From Syntrophales bacterium (GTDB lineage: Bacteria > Desulfobacterota > Syntrophia > Syntrophales > UBA2210), in contig CAXXKT010000001.1 of NCBI GenBank assembly GCA_963662405.2, positions 32,001 through 96,000 on the forward strand: a stretch of 64,000 nucleotides of DNA. The letters are read 5' to 3'. Made by a program: the position numbers and the translations under genes. Every line of letters starts with the position of its first letter. Position 1 is the first letter of the stretch. This document shows, in pieces, positions 49,016 through 59,663 of this stretch. A model generated the notes under the pieces. It made no database searches, was not told the DNA's origin, and saw nothing but the letters and a program-made list of their open reading frames with translations.

Positions 49016-51655
49016 CTACATAAACATGCCGATGGTAAATTCCCATCTGTTCGCGGCCTCATCCCCTTCTCTGTCGAGAACATATCCCCACTCAAGCCTC
49101 AAGGGACCAATCGGAGAATACCAGCGCACGCCCGCACCCGCCGTTTTTCGCATATCATCAAAATGATATCCGCTGTTCCACGCATTTCCGGTATCAAAAA
49201 ATACCACCCCCTTGATCCCGGCATCCCTTATGAGCGGAAAAACAACCTCGGCAGTGAAATTCAGCATGGTTTCACCTCCCATGGGATCACCCGCCTCGTC
49301 CACAGGGCCGACATCCCTCAAGCCCCTGAGAGAGTTCATACCGCCCAGGTAAAACCGCTCGTAGACAGGGATCTCCTTCCCCTCATTCGGGTTTATATAC
49401 CCGGCTCTTCCTCGAATCCCGAAGACATTATCCATCGGCAGCGGGAAAAACCAGCTCGATGTAACGGTGTATTTCGTAAAACTGGCGTCTCCCTGCAAGA
49501 TGCTCCCGGTATGCTCGACGGCGATGCTGTTCTTCGACCCTTTCGAGGGAAACATGGCGTCATTTGTCGTATCCCGTGACAGTGTCAGGGTGACGCCGCT
49601 CGAGGTAAGCTCTCCCTCCTGTTTCCTGATATAGTTCGATGCATCATCCTCAATATCATACACGTTATTGGTTTTCAGCTCGTATCCCACGTACCCGGTC
49701 ACCTTCTCAAAAAGGTGGTACCCCAGCGTCGTGCCGAACCCCTTGGTATCGACATTATACGAGTCATAATCCCGTTCCATGTTCCACAGATCGAACTTGC
49801 TCCACAGAGGAATATCAAAGAGCCATGGATCCACAAAGGAGAGCTCATAGTTCGTTTTCGTCCCTCCCAGGTAAGCGGAAAGATTAAGGGTTTGCCCTCT
49901 TCCGAAGAGATTCTGCTGTGAGATCTGGGCCATAAGCACCATATGGTCGACGGCGCTGTATCCGGCCCCGACACTGATCATATTGGTTGCCTTCTCTCTG
50001 ACATTCACCGTGATATCCATCAGACCCTCGTCGGGTCCCTTCTCCGTCTGGAAATTGATCTCCTCAAAATATCTGAGGCTGTTGAGTTTCATGTAACTTG
50101 TCTTGAACTTACTACTGTCATACAGATCTCCTTCTATGCTTTTAAGCTCCCTCCGAATCACCTTGTCCCGTGTCTTCGTGTTTCCCGTTATGGAGATCCT
50201 GTTGATATATACAAGGCTACCTTTTTCCATATGGTAGACAACATTGATCTTCTGCTCTTCGTTTCTGGGCACCGTCCGCGGAACGACGGTAGCATAGGCA
50301 TACCCCTCGTCCCTGCAGGCTTCAGTCAGGATATCGACATCTTTTATGATGGCCTCCCGATCGAAATAGTCTTTCCCGGTAATTTGAAGTCGTTCCATCA
50401 ATTCCGCCTGAGGGATATCGATCGCATCACCCGTGATCGTCACCTCGCCTACTCTGAATTGTTTTCCTTCGGTTATCGGTATCTTGAGATATATCCATTT
50501 CCTGTCATGGGTGATCTCGGGCTCCCCGATTGCGGCATTGATATAGCCGTTGTTCAGGTAAAAGACGGTTAGTCGATTGATATCCTGCTTCAGCAGGGTT
50601 TCGTTGAAGGACCCGGACTTCGATACAAAATGGAATACTCCCCATTCCGAGGTTTCCATCATTTCCTTCAAATCTTTGTCTCTATACGCCCTGTTTCCCT
50701 CAAAGGTGATCTCCTTTATATACAGTTCTTTGCTCTCTTGTATGTCGAAGACCACCCGTACGCCTTTTTGTTGTTCATCCAATCGGTACGTTACCTGGGA
50801 ATTGAGGTAACCCTCATTTTTGTAAAACGTTTTTATCTGTTCAAGGTCGGACCGTACCTTATCAAGGTTGAGGATCTGCCGCTCCTTGACCGTAATCAAT
50901 CCCTCGATATCCCCCTTATTTATCCTGTCGGTTCCCGTGATTTCTATTCCCGTAACCAGAGGGAGTTCTTCTAGTGTAAAGGCGATAATCTTTCCTTCCG
51001 AGCTTTCGGTCACCTTCGCCTTGACATCCTTGAAGTATCCCATCTTGTAAATGGCTTTTATATCGCTGGAGAGGCGCTCCTTTGAAAAGAGTGATCCCCT
51101 CGTACCTTTCAAGACATTATAGATAGCGTCGTTTTCTATTCTGGTGTTCCCCACCAGTCGTACCTCAGCTATCCTTTGACCGGTTAATATCTTCAGAAGT
51201 ATGTCGTTTTTTAACCGGGCGATCAGGGCATTGATGCTCTTCCCCTGTGCAAAGAACGTGGAACGATGACCGCTCTTGTTGTCCGTCACGTTTACGTCCG
51301 CGCTGAACATGTCACCCAACTTGGTAACGCTCCCGGTAATGACGAACCCGGCACCGGTCCGTTCCCCGACAAGGAGAGCCAAGCGACCATTTCCTTCTTC
51401 CCCCTCAATCAACCCCCGGAAAGATCTCTCGTCCACCAGTTCGATGTACCCTGATTCCGTCAAACCGGCCGCCAACTCGACCCCTATCTGTTCTTGCAGT
51501 GTTCGGACACCCTGGCTGCTGTATATCTCAAAGGGAAGGATGGCAACTTTCGCGACATTTCTTTGCTCAGCAAGAGTATCGGCCACCGCACCAGAGAGCG
51601 GACACCATATCATAATGAAAAGAGCGACAAGCAGGCAGGTTCTGTATCTATACAT
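49016..51655 (-). CDS. bamA: outer membrane protein assembly factor with extra N-terminal domain
   Basis: POTRA repeats (GN..T.D.VIRRE), RFYLGG..SLRG, SPIGPLRLEWG. Confidence 0.95.
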   Translation of the reverse strand: MYRYRTCLLVALFIMIWCPLSGAVADTLAEQRNVAKVAILPFEIYSSQGVRTLQEQIGVELAAGLTESGYIELVDERSFRGLIEGEEGNGRLALLVGERTGAGFVITGSVTKLGDMFSADVNVTDNKSGHRSTFFAQGKSINALIARLKNDILLKILTGQRIAEVRLVGNTRIENDAIYNVLKGTRGSLFSKERLSSDIKAIYKMGYFKDVKAKVTESSEGKIIAFTLEELPLVTGIEITGTDRINKGDIEGLITVKERQILNLDKVRSDLEQIKTFYKNEGYLNSQVTYRLDEQQKGVRVVFDIQESKELYIKEITFEGNRAYRDKDLKEMMETSEWGVFHFVSKSGSFNETLLKQDINRLTVFYLNNGYINAAIGEPEITHDRKWIYLKIPITEGKQFRVGEVTITGDAIDIPQAELMERLQITGKDYFDREAIIKDVDILTEACRDEGYAYATVVPRTVPRNEEQKINVVYHMEKGSLVYINRISITGNTKTRDKVIRRELKSIEGDLYDSSKFKTSYMKLNSLRYFEEINFQTEKGPDEGLMDITVNVREKATNMISVGAGYSAVDHMVLMAQISQQNLFGRGQTLNLSAYLGGTKTNYELSFVDPWLFDIPLWSKFDLWNMERDYDSYNVDTKGFGTTLGYHLFEKVTGYVGYELKTNNVYDIEDDASNYIRKQEGELTSSGVTLTLSRDTTNDAMFPSKGSKNSIAVEHTGSILQGDASFTKYTVTSSWFFPLPMDNVFGIRGRAGYINPNEGKEIPVYERFYLGGMNSLRGLRDVGPVDEAGDPMGGETMLNFTAEVVFPLIRDAGIKGVVFFDTGNAWNSGYHFDDMRKTAGAGVRWYSPIGPLRLEWGYVLDREGDEAANRWEFTIGMFM

Positions 51656-52316
51656 CGCAAATCCTTCCATCCGCCAGATTGAGGATCCGAGACATCCCAT
51701 CGGCTAGCAATCTGTTATGGGTAACAACGATAAGAGTGGTATTTTGAGCCCTACCAAGGGCCAACAGCAGGCCTTGGATCTTTTCCCCCGTTCCCGAATC
51801 AAGATTTCCCGTGGGTTCATCAGCCAAGATCACATCCGGATTCATCATCATGGCCCTCGCTATGGCAACCCTCTGTTGCTCACCCCCGGAAAGCTCACCC
51901 GGTTTGTGCGTCAACCTACCACTAAGGCCTACTTCCGTCAAGACAATCTCCGCCCTCCGGTATGCATTCCGTTTGGTTACACCGCTCACCAGAGCAGGCA
52001 TGGCGGTGTTTTCCAGCGCGGTAAATTCGGGAAGAAGATGATGAAACTGAAAGACAAACCCGATTTTTTTGTTTCTGAATTCGGCACGCCTCGCTTCATT
52101 CCAGGCAAAGATATCCGCACCATCAAAAAAAACATGGCCGGAGGTCGGATGATCAAGAGCACCGAGTATCTGGAGGAGAGTCGTCTTGCCGGTCCCGGAA
52201 GCACCCAGAATTGCGACGGATTCTCCACGCGAAATGGTGCAGTCAACCTGCCTAAGCACCTCGATCCTGTTGCCGTCCTTTACGAAGGTCTTGGTCAATT
52301 GGGCTATTTCGATCAT
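51648..52316 (-). CDS. lolD: lipoprotein-releasing ABC ATP-binding protein
   Basis: [31 protein letters not shown]. Confidence 0.92.
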   Translation of the reverse strand: MIEIAQLTKTFVKDGNRIEVLRQVDCTISRGESVAILGASGTGKTTLLQILGALDHPTSGHVFFDGADIFAWNEARRAEFRNKKIGFVFQFHHLLPEFTALENTAMPALVSGVTKRNAYRRAEIVLTEVGLSGRLTHKPGELSGGEQQRVAIARAMMMNPDVILADEPTGNLDSGTGEKIQGLLLALGRAQNTTLIVVTHNRLLADGMSRILNLADGRICDV

Positions 52317-52331
52317 TACACCCCCCGCCTC

Positions 52332-53585
52332 CTATTCATACCGGAGCGCCTCGGCCGGATCGAGCCGGGAGGCCCGCCACGACGGATATATCGCCGCTAG
52401 AAAACAGATAAGCATCGCGACACAGGCAATGGCGCCAACATCCCCGTAATTCACCTGGGAGGGAAGCTCGTTTAAATAATAGACATCCTTGGGGAGGATC
52501 TTGAACCCGAAAAGGTCTTCAATATAACGACTGATCCGTTCCAGATTCAGGGCAATGGTAATACCGGTCAGACACCCCAGTATCGTGCCGATGGCACCGA
52601 TCACCATGCCCTCTATCATAAATATCTTCATGATACTCCGCGAGGTGGCTCCCATCGACTTGAGAATGGCAATATCCCGAGCCTTTTCCATCACCGTCAT
52701 AATCAGCGTCGTGATAATGTTGAAGGCGGCAACCAGGACAATCAAACTGAGGATGATGAACATAACCCTCTTCTCTAACTTCAGAGCCGAAAAAAGATTC
52801 TTGTTCATCTCCATCCAACTCCGTGCCCAGTAGGGATATCCGAGGGCCTTTTCGATGGCATTCGCGATCTTCCGTGCCCCGTAAATTTCATCCACCTTGA
52901 TCTCTATCCCGGTGACCGTCCCCTCCATATTCAGGAACTTCTGACAGTTTTCAAGAGACAGAAAGGCGAGTGTCGAGTCATACTCGTACGACCCCGAATC
53001 AAAGATACCGACGACCGTGAACTCTTTGATCTTGGGGATCACCCCCATCGGGGTGGGAATCCCCATGGGAAGGAGAATCTCAACCGTATCGGAAAGGGAA
53101 AGACCCAGATTCTGTGCGAGCTCTTTTCCAATGACGACACCGGGCAAGTTCGCCGTATCCTCGCCTCTCGAAAGAGAGGCGATATCCCCTGACTGCATCT
53201 TCCCCAGCGTGATAACGGCGGCCGACGTTTCGGTCGACATGCCGCGCAGGACTACACCGGTGACTCTTCCTTCGTGCTTCAGCATCGCCTGTCCATATAT
53301 GAACGGTGTGGTGGCCACTACGCCGTCGATCGACTCGACCCGCTTCATCACCTCGGCATAATCCTCCATCCCCCCATCATACTGCATCAAGACGATATGA
53401 GAATTGACCCCCAGGATCCGGTCACGCAGTTCCATCTCAAACCCATTCATAACCGCCAAGACAATGATGAGCGCGGCAACCCCCAGGAAAATACCCGCCA
53501 CCGAGATAACGCTGTTAACGGATATAAAGGTCTGTTTCCTCTTCGCCCTGAGATACCGGAGACCTATGAAGAATTCATATGACAT
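52332..53585 (-). CDS. lipoprotein-releasing ABC permease (LolC/E)
   Basis: IGLRYLR, VMNGF, VAAFNI, DIAILKSMGA, PAEALRYE. Confidence 0.92.
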   Translation of the reverse strand: MSYEFFIGLRYLRAKRKQTFISVNSVISVAGIFLGVAALIIVLAVMNGFEMELRDRILGVNSHIVLMQYDGGMEDYAEVMKRVESIDGVVATTPFIYGQAMLKHEGRVTGVVLRGMSTETSAAVITLGKMQSGDIASLSRGEDTANLPGVVIGKELAQNLGLSLSDTVEILLPMGIPTPMGVIPKIKEFTVVGIFDSGSYEYDSTLAFLSLENCQKFLNMEGTVTGIEIKVDEIYGARKIANAIEKALGYPYWARSWMEMNKNLFSALKLEKRVMFIILSLIVLVAAFNIITTLIMTVMEKARDIAILKSMGATSRSIMKIFMIEGMVIGAIGTILGCLTGITIALNLERISRYIEDLFGFKILPKDVYYLNELPSQVNYGDVGAIACVAMLICFLAAIYPSWRASRLDPAEALRYE

Positions 53586-53644
53586 AGCAGGAAAACCTAC
53601 ATGGTGCGAAAGAAATGATCGTCTTTTACCAGGGCCGGCTTTGA

Positions 53645-55138
53645 TTACCGGACATCTCTCTTCGCCCGCATATGGGGAAAGAGTATCACGTCCCTGATGG
53701 ATGAAGAATCCGTGAAGAGCATAACGAGCCGATCGATACCGATCCCTTCGCCCGCCGTTGGCGGCATGCCGTATTCCAGGGCACTGATGTAGTCTTCATC
53801 CATCTCATGGGCCTCCTGGTCTCCCGCCTCCCTCTCTCTCAACTGCATCTCAAACCTGGCCCTTTGGTCCTCAGGGTCATTGAGTTCCGAAAAGGCGTTG
53901 GCCAGTTCCCTCCCGTAGATGTACAACTCGAACCGATCGACAAACCGATCGTCCGCGGCGCTTTTTCGTGAGAGGGGCGACACCTCCAGGGGATAAGTGG
54001 TCACAAAAGTCGGCTGAATCAGCTTGGCTTCCGCAACCTCCTCGAAGATCGCCACGATGATCTTCCCCAGCGGTTCATCGTCTTCGACGGGAAGTCCCAG
54101 CTCCGTGGCGAATCGTACGGCCTGTTCCCGGTCCTCCAGGACATCGGCCGTCACATCCGAGTACTTCAGAATGGCCTCCTTGACCGTCAGGCGTTGCCAG
54201 GGACGGGTCAGGTCAATCTCGGTCCCCTGATACTGAAACTGCAGAGATCCGAACATCTCCTGAGAAATCGAGGTGAATATCTCTTCCGTCATCACTATCA
54301 GGTCCTCGTACGTGGCGTAGGCTTGATAGAATTCCATCATCGTAAATTCGGGGTTATGAGAGGTCGATATCCCCTCGTTCCTGAAGCTCCGGTTTATCTC
54401 GAAGACCCGCTCGAACCCCCCGACAATCAGACGTTTCAGGTACAGCTCCGGCGCGATACGCAGATAGAGATCCATATCCAAGGTGTTATGATATGTCTTG
54501 AAAGGGCGGGCCACCGCACCGCCGGCCATGGGGTGCATCATGGGCGTTTCCACTTCCAGAAAGTCCCGCTCCTGCATAAAATCACGGATCAGCTTGAGGA
54601 TCCTGCTTCGCGCATAAAAAACCTCTTTGACCCCCGGATTCATGATAAGATCAAGAGGTCTTTGCCGGTACCGGGCCTCGACATCGGTCAGCCCGTGCCA
54701 TTTCTCAGGCAAGGATCGCACCGCCTTTGAAAGAAGCCTGATCTCATCGGCATCGACGGTCAATTCACCGGTCCTCGTCTTCAGAAGCCCTCCCGAGATA
54801 AAAACAATATCGCCCACATCAAACTTCTTGAAGACAGCATAGCCGTCAGTGCCGACCTTCTCCCGTGCAATGTATCCCTGAATTCTTCCTGCCCTGTCCT
54901 GAATGTTTATAAATGCGGCCTTTCCGAAATTGCGGACCGCCATCAACCGACCGGCCAGCGCCACCTTTTCCTCAATCTGAGACAGCTCATCGTTATCCAT
55001 CTCCCCGAACCGGTTGATTACGGACCCGGTGGTCGCGGTTACCCTGACGTCATTCGGATACAGGGCAATCCCCATTTCCCGAAGAGAATGCATCTTCTCC
55101 TTGCGTTTTCTCAATAGCTCATTTTTCTCGTCCATCAT
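53645..55138 (-). CDS. lysS: lysine--tRNA ligase (class II)
   Basis: LPEKWHGL, YLRIAPELYLKRL, FRNEG, GIGIDRL. Confidence 0.97.
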   Translation of the reverse strand: MMDEKNELLRKRKEKMHSLREMGIALYPNDVRVTATTGSVINRFGEMDNDELSQIEEKVALAGRLMAVRNFGKAAFINIQDRAGRIQGYIAREKVGTDGYAVFKKFDVGDIVFISGGLLKTRTGELTVDADEIRLLSKAVRSLPEKWHGLTDVEARYRQRPLDLIMNPGVKEVFYARSRILKLIRDFMQERDFLEVETPMMHPMAGGAVARPFKTYHNTLDMDLYLRIAPELYLKRLIVGGFERVFEINRSFRNEGISTSHNPEFTMMEFYQAYATYEDLIVMTEEIFTSISQEMFGSLQFQYQGTEIDLTRPWQRLTVKEAILKYSDVTADVLEDREQAVRFATELGLPVEDDEPLGKIIVAIFEEVAEAKLIQPTFVTTYPLEVSPLSRKSAADDRFVDRFELYIYGRELANAFSELNDPEDQRARFEMQLREREAGDQEAHEMDEDYISALEYGMPPTAGEGIGIDRLVMLFTDSSSIRDVILFPHMRAKRDVR

Positions 55139-55368
55139 GGCCTCTTTCGCTGACAGGCATATCCATCTGCCGATGTATTTCCCGAACTACCGGTACGGAT
55201 TCGGTTTTCATTCAAAAACAAGCAATTCACCGCATGTTCACAAAAAAATCAAGGGATTGATACAGAGGTTGCGGGGAAGGACCCTTTTTGAACAGAAATT
55301 AATTACCATATAAGGCAGTCCTAACTATATCCTTTTGCCTGTTTAGTCAAGGATTTTGAGAAAAAGCA

Positions 55369-55397
55369 TTGACAAAAAAGCGCTATAATAATAGCAT
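55369..55397 (+). promoter_or_regulatory. sigma70-type promoter upstream of rfaE1
   Basis: TTGACA-N17-TAGCAT; a divergent TTGACT (55345-55350, minus strand) faces lysS. Confidence 0.55.
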
Positions 55398-55473
55398 CCT
55401 CGCCTGTTCGGAGAGAAGGAACGGACACGGGCATTGATCACCGCCTTCGTTTCTCGACATTGCAAGGGGTGAT

Positions 55474-56460
55474 ATGGCGAAAAACACCATAAGCAGGAAG
55501 AGGGCGCTTGAGATTATCGATCGTTTCGATCGTGCCAAGGTACTGGTCGTCGGCGATTTGATGGTCGATCAGTTCATCTGGGGAAAGGTGTCGCGGATAT
55601 CGCCGGAGGCCCCGGTGCCGGTGGTCAATGTGACCTCCGAAAGCCTCCTGCTGGGCGGGTGCGCCAACGTGTTGAACAACGTCTTCTCCATGGGGGGACA
55701 GGTCGCCGTCTCCGGCATCGTCGGTTCGGACCCCATGGGGAGATGGCTCGTGGATGCACTGCAACAGATGAAAATCGACACGGCAGGGGTAATCGTCGAA
55801 GAGAAACGTCCCACCAGCATCAAGACCCGAATCGTCGCCCACAATCAGCAGGTGGTGCGATTCGACAAGGAAGACAAGAGCCCGGTAACCAACGATAGTC
55901 TCAACAAAATAATAACGTACATACAGTCCATACAGGATGACCTGGGGGCGATCATTATTTCGGATTACAACAAGGGGGTCTTTTCGGAACAGCTCGTCAG
56001 GGAGATCCGTCAAATCACGACACGGAGAGGAATCATCCTGTGCATTGACCCCAAACAGAGCGATTTTACTCCCTATCGCGGGTGCGATCTTCTCACTCCC
56101 AATCGTCAGGAAACGGAACGAGCCCTCGGCAGAGAGATCGAAGTGGGGGATGACCTCATCCGAAAGGGGGCATCACTCCTCCAAGATTTCGGTTTGAAGG
56201 CCCTTCTGGTGACAATGGGCGAGGACGGGATGATTCTCTTTCAAAACGGCGGCTCCGTCACCCATATCCCGGCCGTTGCCCGGGAGGTGTTCGATGTGAC
56301 CGGCGCTGGTGACACGGTGATCGGTGTCTTTGCCCTCTCAGTCGCCGCCGGAGCGACATTCACGGAAGCCGCAGTTCTCGCTAATCATGCAGCCGGCATT
56401 GCGGTTGGCAAGATAGGAACGGCACCGGTTCGCCGGGATGAATTGAAAAAGGCACTATGA
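55474..56460 (+). CDS. rfaE1: heptose-7-phosphate kinase (stand-alone HldE kinase domain)
   Basis: GD.MVD...G.V.RISPEAPVPVV, SDYNKG, DVTGAGDT. Confidence 0.92.
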   Translation: MAKNTISRKRALEIIDRFDRAKVLVVGDLMVDQFIWGKVSRISPEAPVPVVNVTSESLLLGGCANVLNNVFSMGGQVAVSGIVGSDPMGRWLVDALQQMKIDTAGVIVEEKRPTSIKTRIVAHNQQVVRFDKEDKSPVTNDSLNKIITYIQSIQDDLGAIIISDYNKGVFSEQLVREIRQITTRRGIILCIDPKQSDFTPYRGCDLLTPNRQETERALGREIEVGDDLIRKGASLLQDFGLKALLVTMGEDGMILFQNGGSVTHIPAVAREVFDVTGAGDTVIGVFALSVAAGATFTEAAVLANHAAGIAVGKIGTAPVRRDELKKAL

Positions 56461-57002
56461 GCAGACCAACCCACCCCGAGCCGGTCAAGATCGTATCCAG
56501 CATCTTCTCCGGGGATACGGATATGTTGCACGCAGCCGTAAACGCTCTATCCGAGGAGTGGGGAGCTATTGACTACATCAGTGCCGTCTCTCCCTTTGCA
56601 TATACAGATTATTACGAAACAGAATTAGGGAGCAGTCTCGTCAGGCGCTTCGTTTCCTTCGAGACCCTTGTGCCACCCGAAACGCTCCCGGATATGAAAC
56701 TTTTTACCAACAAGATTGAAGAGGTATACACGTGCAACGATGACAGGCTTGTCAACATCGACCCGGGATATCTGTCTCAGGCCCATCTGATCCTCGCCAC
56801 GGGAAAGGCCTATACACATCGTCCCTATCTCCGGGACGGCATATATGCCGATTTGACCCTTATTTTCACGAATCATTCCTTTCGGAGACTCGAGTGGACC
56901 TACCCCGACTACGCACACCAAGAGACGATCGCGATGTTTAACAACATCCGTGAAAGATATATGATACAACTGGTCCGGGAGCGAAAGCACCCAATCAGGT
57001 AG
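56457..57002 (+). CDS. DUF4416 family protein
   Basis: TDYY..E.G, K.FTN.IE, R.VNIDPGY, LATGK...HRPYL..GIY, WTYPDY. Confidence 0.85.
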   Translation: MSRPTHPEPVKIVSSIFSGDTDMLHAAVNALSEEWGAIDYISAVSPFAYTDYYETELGSSLVRRFVSFETLVPPETLPDMKLFTNKIEEVYTCNDDRLVNIDPGYLSQAHLILATGKAYTHRPYLRDGIYADLTLIFTNHSFRRLEWTYPDYAHQETIAMFNNIRERYMIQLVRERKHPIR

Positions 57003-57065
57003 CACGTGCTACCAAAAGCAAGAGCGGGACAATCCGTTGTCCCGTCTTATCCAGGAGACGCATCT

Positions 57066-57950
57066 ATGATACGAAGCATGACCGGTTATGGAAGGATCGA
57101 TTCCGTCTATGCGGGGAAGAAACTGACCGTAGAAATCAAATCTCTCAACCATAGGAATCTCGAAAGTTGTGTAAGACTTCCCCTCATTTTGGCCCCACTG
57201 GAGATGAATGTCAAAAAGAGAGTAGCGGAGCGAATCTCCCGGGGAAGAGTTGAAGTGAATATCAGGATCGAGTCAGACCCGAGTACGAACGGCGGAGACA
57301 GGTTGGAGGCGAACCGCCCTCTCCTGAACAGCTATTATGCCCTCCTCACCAGCTTGAAAGAATCGTTTAATCTCTCCGATGATATAACGCTGGATACCTT
57401 GATCGGCCTGAAGGGAAGCATCTACACGGCGGAAACGGAGATCGACCCGGAGGGGATATGGGTTACCGTCGAAAAGATACTGGACGATTGCCTCGATTCC
57501 CTCATCCAGATGAAGGAAACCGAGGGCAAACTCCTTTATGAAGACTTCACCACGCGCCTTGAAACGATCACGACCGCGATAGGAACCGTGAAAGAAAGGG
57601 TCCCTGAGGTGCTCAGAAATTACCGGGACAGACTTGCAATGCGCATTCGAGAATTGACGGAAGATACGGGGTGCGACGAGTCGCGACTGATCCAGGAAGT
57701 TGCGATCATGGCTGAAAAGAGCGATATCACCGAAGAGATTGTTCGTCTTGAAAGCCACGTGAAACAGTTCGGCACGATGTTGGACAGCAAAGAGGCGATC
57801 GGCAGGAAAATGGATTTTCTGCTGCAGGAGATGCACAGAGAGATCAATACGATCGGATCCAAGAGCAGCGACCTTGCCATATCCGGTACGGTCATCGAAA
57901 TTAAGACGGAACTTGCTAAATTAAGAGAACAGGTTCAGAATATCGAGTAG
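57066..57950 (+). CDS. yicC: YicC/YloC family endoribonuclease
   Basis: MIRSMTGYGR, NHR, DITEE..RL.SH, QEM.RE.NTIGSK, REQVQNIE. Confidence 0.93.
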   Translation: MIRSMTGYGRIDSVYAGKKLTVEIKSLNHRNLESCVRLPLILAPLEMNVKKRVAERISRGRVEVNIRIESDPSTNGGDRLEANRPLLNSYYALLTSLKESFNLSDDITLDTLIGLKGSIYTAETEIDPEGIWVTVEKILDDCLDSLIQMKETEGKLLYEDFTTRLETITTAIGTVKERVPEVLRNYRDRLAMRIRELTEDTGCDESRLIQEVAIMAEKSDITEEIVRLESHVKQFGTMLDSKEAIGRKMDFLLQEMHREINTIGSKSSDLAISGTVIEIKTELAKLREQVQNIE

Positions 57951-57995
57951 CGCGGTGTGATTTGGACTGAACGGTTCCACCATGGATGAGAAGAG

Positions 57996-58625
57996 ATGCA
58001 ACAAATCGATACAAAAGGCATCGTTATGGTCATCTCCGCACCGTCGGGAGCGGGGAAGACCACATTGTGCAAACGGCTTTTTGCTGAATTTCCGGCACTC
58101 CGTTTTTCAGTATCATGCACCACGCGTCCGCCGCGAAGGGGGGAAGTGGACGGGAAGGACTACCACTTCACCTCCTTGGAAGAATTCAAACGAAGAAAAA
58201 CCGCGGGCGAATTTGTCGAGTGTGAGGAGATCTATGGTCATTTTTACGGGACCTCCAGAGAGGACATCGATGAGATGATCAACCGAGGATATGACGTCGT
58301 TCTGGATATAGATACCCGGGGCGCACGGAACGTCAAGAAGATATACCCGGACGCTGTCCTCGTTTTCGTCATGCCGCCATCCGTGCAGATCCTCAAGGAA
58401 CGATTGAGAAAACGTGGCTCCGAGACCGAGGAGGTTATAGAGATGCGTTTCAACAAGGCGATGGAAGAGATAGAAGTGAACGAGTGCTATGATTATGTGA
58501 TATTTAATGATATAATAGCAGATTCTGTAGTGGTACTGAGCTCTGTATACAGGGCCGAAAAGAACAGGCGTAATCGGCTCCAGAGCAGGATAGACGACTT
58601 TTATCGAACAGCCGGAGGTATATAA
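57996..58625 (+). CDS. gmk: guanylate kinase
   Basis: SAPSGAGKTT, SVSCTTR.PR.GEVDG.DY.F, YGT. Confidence 0.96.
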   Translation: MQQIDTKGIVMVISAPSGAGKTTLCKRLFAEFPALRFSVSCTTRPPRRGEVDGKDYHFTSLEEFKRRKTAGEFVECEEIYGHFYGTSREDIDEMINRGYDVVLDIDTRGARNVKKIYPDAVLVFVMPPSVQILKERLRKRGSETEEVIEMRFNKAMEEIEVNECYDYVIFNDIIADSVVVLSSVYRAEKNRRNRLQSRIDDFYRTAGGI

Positions 58626-58629
58626 AATT

Positions 58630-58917
58630 ATGGCGCGAGTTACCGTGGAAGATTCTCTGGAGAAGGCAAAGAACAGGTTCGCCCTGACGCACCTGACAAC
58701 CCTGAGAACCAAGCAACTTCTGAAAAATGCGAGACCCCTCAGCGAAAAGAAAAACAACCGGGAGATCGTCACCGCCCTGCGTGAAATAGCGGAAGGTAAA
58801 GTGGCCTATGTCCACCCCGAAATTCTCGACATGGATCCCATCGAGATAAAATTGGCTCAACTAACCGATGATACGAATCACACAAACGAAGATGCAGACA
58901 GCGAAAAGATGCCGTGA
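58630..58917 (+). CDS. rpoZ: RNA polymerase omega subunit
   Basis: MARVTVED....NRF.L...R..QL, VTALREIAEG. Confidence 0.95.
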   Translation: MARVTVEDSLEKAKNRFALTHLTTLRTKQLLKNARPLSEKKNNREIVTALREIAEGKVAYVHPEILDMDPIEIKLAQLTDDTNHTNEDADSEKMP

Positions 58918-59632
58918 CAAATTGATATTTGCCCTTGATCTGGGAGACGAAATGGATGAGGCTCTCAGATGGGTTGACCTGTTGAAGGACCACGTGGGGA
59001 TATTCAAGGTAGGGAAAGAAGCCTTCACCCGTTTCGGTCCGGATATCGTATCGAAGATCCAAGGAAGGGGAGGAAATGTCTTTCTCGACCTGAAATTTCA
59101 CGATATTCCGAACACGGTGGCGATGGCCTCCCGGGCCGCGGCAGGAATGGGGATTTCTATGTTCAACATCCATGCCCTGGGAGGGCGTGAGATGATGGAG
59201 CGGGCAGTTGATGCGGTCAACACAACCGCCCGCGATCGAGGCATCGTTCCTCCGATACTCCTTGCGGTTACCGTTCTCACCAGTTTGAGTGATTCCGACA
59301 TCAACGATATCGGTTTCGGAGGCACCACGAAGGAGCTGGTCCTGAAGCTTGCCGTGTCGGCCAGGGATGCCGGTGTCCCGGGAGTTGTGGCATCGGCACA
59401 GGATGTAATCCCCATACGAGAGGCCTGCGGAAAAGACTTCATCATTGTGACCCCGGGGATACGTCCCGGTAGCAAGGTGACGAATGATGACCAGAAGCGG
59501 GTATTGACGCCGCAAGATGCGATTGCTATGGGAGCGGATTACCTGGTGGTGGGAAGACCCATACGGTTGGCTGACGATCCCGTCGCCGTGGCTGACGGCA
59601 TCACCGAGGACATCGCCAGAGGGTTGCTCTAA
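58892..59632 (+). CDS. pyrF: orotidine-5'-phosphate decarboxylase
   Basis: IFALD, FLDLKFHDIPNTV, VTVLTS, PGIRP, DDQ.R, VGRPI. Start uncertain and overlaps the rpoZ end. Confidence 0.95.
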   Translation: MQTAKRCRDKLIFALDLGDEMDEALRWVDLLKDHVGIFKVGKEAFTRFGPDIVSKIQGRGGNVFLDLKFHDIPNTVAMASRAAAGMGISMFNIHALGGREMMERAVDAVNTTARDRGIVPPILLAVTVLTSLSDSDINDIGFGGTTKELVLKLAVSARDAGVPGVVASAQDVIPIREACGKDFIIVTPGIRPGSKVTNDDQKRVLTPQDAIAMGADYLVVGRPIRLADDPVAVADGITEDIARGLL

Positions 59633-59663
59633 AGATACTCATTCCCTACTTCGAGGAAGATCG

